Shown here: positions 61,301 through 64,000 of the stretch, piece by piece
Position numbering within the stretch: position 1 is the stretch's first letter
How the letters are laid out: each line of letters begins with the position of its first letter
Assembly: GCA_964187785.1 (NCBI GenBank)
Contig: OZ076412.1
Location: 63,612,001 to 63,676,000, forward strand
Length of the DNA: 64,000 nt
Reading direction: 5' to 3'
Source: Amphiscolops sp. MND2022
Lineage: Eukaryota
Position numbers and translations under genes: made by a program
The notes under the pieces: model-generated
Database searches by the model: none
What the model saw: the letters and a program-made list of their open reading frames with translations, nothing else
What the model was told of the DNA's origin: nothing

Positions 61301-63915
61301 CTGCTTTGTACTTCATGAATAGGTCATCAAATTCCGTAAGGATGTTATTCAGCGAGTCGCGGGCAGTCTGCCCCCACAACTTTTGTACCTCCTCTAACAG
61401 ATTCGGGTCCAGGAATAGCGGCGAAGAGATCAGGGTCAGTGCGCTTTCTGATCTCGCGCTCTGACAACCCCTCCTCCGATGGGTCTGTAGAGGAGAGAAA
61501 CTCGAACTCCGACGACGACGATCATTTTGAATGCGAGTTCAGATCCATTTCAGAATAGACCCTATTGACAAACTCATTTGGGGAATCCGATTTTTCGTCA
61601 CTTTTGCCTTTGTGAGCTAGCGCACATTGGGGAACTGCATGGTAGACTAGGCGTACTGGTGCAGCAGTACCAAGCATGGTGCCGCACTTCACTTTCTGGG
61701 CATTGCTTGTCAGATTGCCAACAGAGACATAGAACGAACCTGTCTCTCCAACAGTGGCTATAGTGTCTTCCACGAATATAGTGTTCTTCAGCAATCGGTT
61801 CGGTGTTGCAAAGTTAATCACCACATTTCTGAAAGCGAAAGCTTTCAAGTCCGAAGTGACCACCTTGGCACGTAGAACAGCACCCTCGAATGGCTGTAGC
61901 ACCACGTCTTGATCCAAAACTACTGTACTGGATAAAGTTTCATCGCTCGTCTGGGCGTGTGCGTGATGCCACACGGGCTTAGCCGGGGCTCGCACCACTA
62001 TTTTCATGGCGGTCAGATCTACGAGCACGTTATATGCTCTCAGGAAATTCCGACCCAGCAAGAAATCCTCCAATCCTTGTGCATCATCGACCACCACGAA
62101 ATTGGTTTCGAGTTCATATCCACCAAGATGGAAGCGCACACGCTCCGCTATTCCAAACGTTTTTATCGTCTTCCCATTAGCAGCATACAAGTCGATTCGA
62201 TAAAGTTGTAGCGCTACACCTGTCCGCAAGGCTACACGGTTGAAGGCTGAGAAATTCATGATTGATACGCCTGACCCCGTGTCGACCATTCCTCTCAGTG
62301 GAATAGGGTTAGCATTTTGCACTGCGAAAGATACCACGAGCGACGCACGCTCATCTATGCGGGCCTCACCTGTGGGCTCCTGCTTGCTGATGCTATAGCA
62401 GCGTAATTCATGTAGCCCTAGACACACTCCTTGAGGAAACACATCTACTACCACGCTAGCATCAAATTTCATGTCCACGCCATCTATGTTAGCGTGCATC
62501 GGAACAGGCGAGTATGCTGTGCATGTGCTAGCTTCGCCTTCAGTGTATCATTCCTTTCGCAGTGGCAAGGAGATCCTCTTGACAGCCGGGTTGCTGGCCA
62601 ACTCCAGCTTCAACTTTTCGAGGGTCAAATCTGGGCGTATTTGTTGCTCCGAGGCCAGCACTAGGTGTACAGACAATAAAGTCCGGCCACTAGGGTCAAA
62701 CGTTGTGGACTCCAAACCTGTCTGCACCTGCTTTGTGCCACAGGTGACTGTCAATGGAGCATTTACAGTGGCTTGGTCAGCTGGACGTAGCAATAATACC
62801 CTGTCTCCGACAGTAGACAAGGTTCGCGTTGCCTCCGTTTTCTTTTCTTCAGCCCTAGGGCTGAAAGTTTCTGACTGGATTGACAATGTTGGACAATCTG
62901 TAGAGACCTCAGTTGTGCACGATTTCACTGGGATGGCAGGCACTGGAACCGTTGCTGCAGCACCTTGCTGGGGCTCACTATCTGGGTCAAAAATATGCTT
63001 CGGGCGATGCACCACCAGCTTGGGTCTCGCGCAAGCACTCTGCAAGCAGCGCGCGGATTGCTCTAAGGTTGCGGTTTGTCTGTATTCAGGGGCTGTGTGT
63101 ACTGACGCAGCCGGCATCGGCAATCGCGCGGACCGGCGTGCAAGGGGTGGCAGCGATTCATACTGCGGAGCCACTGGTGACCCCGGCACTTGGTCGCTCT
63201 GTAGGCACTGATAAGGTACAGTCTCGGTGCACCCTCGGTCACCAGGCTGTTGTTGGTGACGACTGCTTTGGAGTTGCTGTACAGTGAACCGAAGTGACTC
63301 CACGGTAGCTGGGTCCGGTAGATACGCCTCAGTCGCAAACACCACCGTCAGTTCTCGTTGCAACACGGGATCGCTGACCCCGTCCATGAACCGATGCAAG
63401 ATTTCATAGCGTCGGGTAGTGATAGGCTTATCAGGGAAACCCTGACTCCTCAGACCCTCAAATGCATCTAGATATTGCATCAGGTCCTCTCTTTCAAGTT
63501 GACTTCGCAACCTGAAAGCCTGCCTCACTGGCCAGCGGCTACTCCCAGTCCCAAATCTGCTGGAGAGCAAGGTAGTCACCTTCTCGTGAGAATCTCGTTC
63601 GGACTCCGGTTTGTTGATTATAAAACTCCGAGCTTCATCACCTAAGTGATCGATTATCGCCCAGGTCTTGTCGACAGGTGAAACATTCGAATAAACTCGC
63701 TCCAAATACCGTTTCACCACGAGCAACCACTCTTCAACAGTCCCGTCTTTCGAACCTCTGTATAAGGTTGGTCGAACAGCGGTTCGATCACGATTGGCAA
63801 TCAAGGGAGCCAACTCTTTAGCCATGGCTTTGGATATCGCCTCCGTGAATTTCAACTTTTCGGGAGATATCAATTCATCTTTTGGGTCATCAGTACCATG
63901 ATTGCTCTCGAGCAA
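58264..63915 (-). pseudogene. gag-pol of element 3, fragmented by stops and frameshifts
   Basis: ORFs 62548-63915, 61522-62499, 60831-61379, 60391-60897, 60215-60574, 59993-60196, 59221-60072, 59002-59211 and 58264-58974. Confidence 0.93.
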
Positions 63916-64000
63916 CCCGCCTCGAACAGTGTGATCCTCTGGCGACGTGTGAGGTTCATCAATTGGTTGTGCTGCACTGGTGCCCTCTCACCCCTTCAAA

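Larger units (their letters stand above)
54194..64000 (-). mobile_element. Ty3/Gypsy LTR retrotransposon (element 3), 5' end beyond the window
   Basis: gag 63915-62548, protease (VDTGSG), RT (YIDD), RNase H (DTDAS), integrase (HDAMGH..CLTC, IIDHFSK, VERQNR), a PPT and a TG-starting 3' LTR. Confidence 0.95.

Noticed and set aside
62548-62550. Programmed stop-codon readthrough between gag and protease of element 3
   Set aside because: The in-frame TGA lacks a known readthrough context (followed by TAC ACT) and the element has many other lesions; a TGG-to-TGA mutation is simpler.
62471-63287. Plus-strand ORFs opposite gag/pol (also 43190-44044, 60521-60982, 6192-6608, 7972-8427)
   Set aside because: Antisense or alternate-frame shadows of real coding sequence, with no recognisable domains.

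Overview
Eukaryotic, AT-rich, transposon-dense DNA with short GT-AG introns, probably from an invertebrate. There are no rRNA, tRNA or CRISPR loci. The centrepiece is a complete 17.1-kb Ty3/Gypsy element (35877-52992) with ~1.84-kb LTRs, a CTACT target-site duplication, gag that starts inside the LTR, and a -1 frameshift signal into pol. After pol it carries ~7.3 kb of extra sequence. That sequence holds an antisense, phase-consistent multi-exon gene resembling a catalytically altered hAT transposase (BED-like zinc finger plus RNase-H-like core), arrays of an ATGCGG..AAACAGCAT motif that recur in both LTRs, and a sense ORF that runs into the 3' LTR where a polypurine tract is expected. A degenerate relative on the minus strand (left edge to ~13 kb) carries a homologous antisense gene and the same primer-binding site. 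A third Gypsy element (54.2-64 kb, minus strand) ends its Pol with what look like two tandem TARG1/OARD1-like macrodomains. Also present: Gypsy, MULE and probable piggyBac remnants, MITE-like repeats, long spacer-less palindromes, a 22-bp satellite with an ~825-bp higher-order repeat, a host gene fragment and a 200-N gap. All homology calls were made by eye from recalled family motifs; no database search was run.
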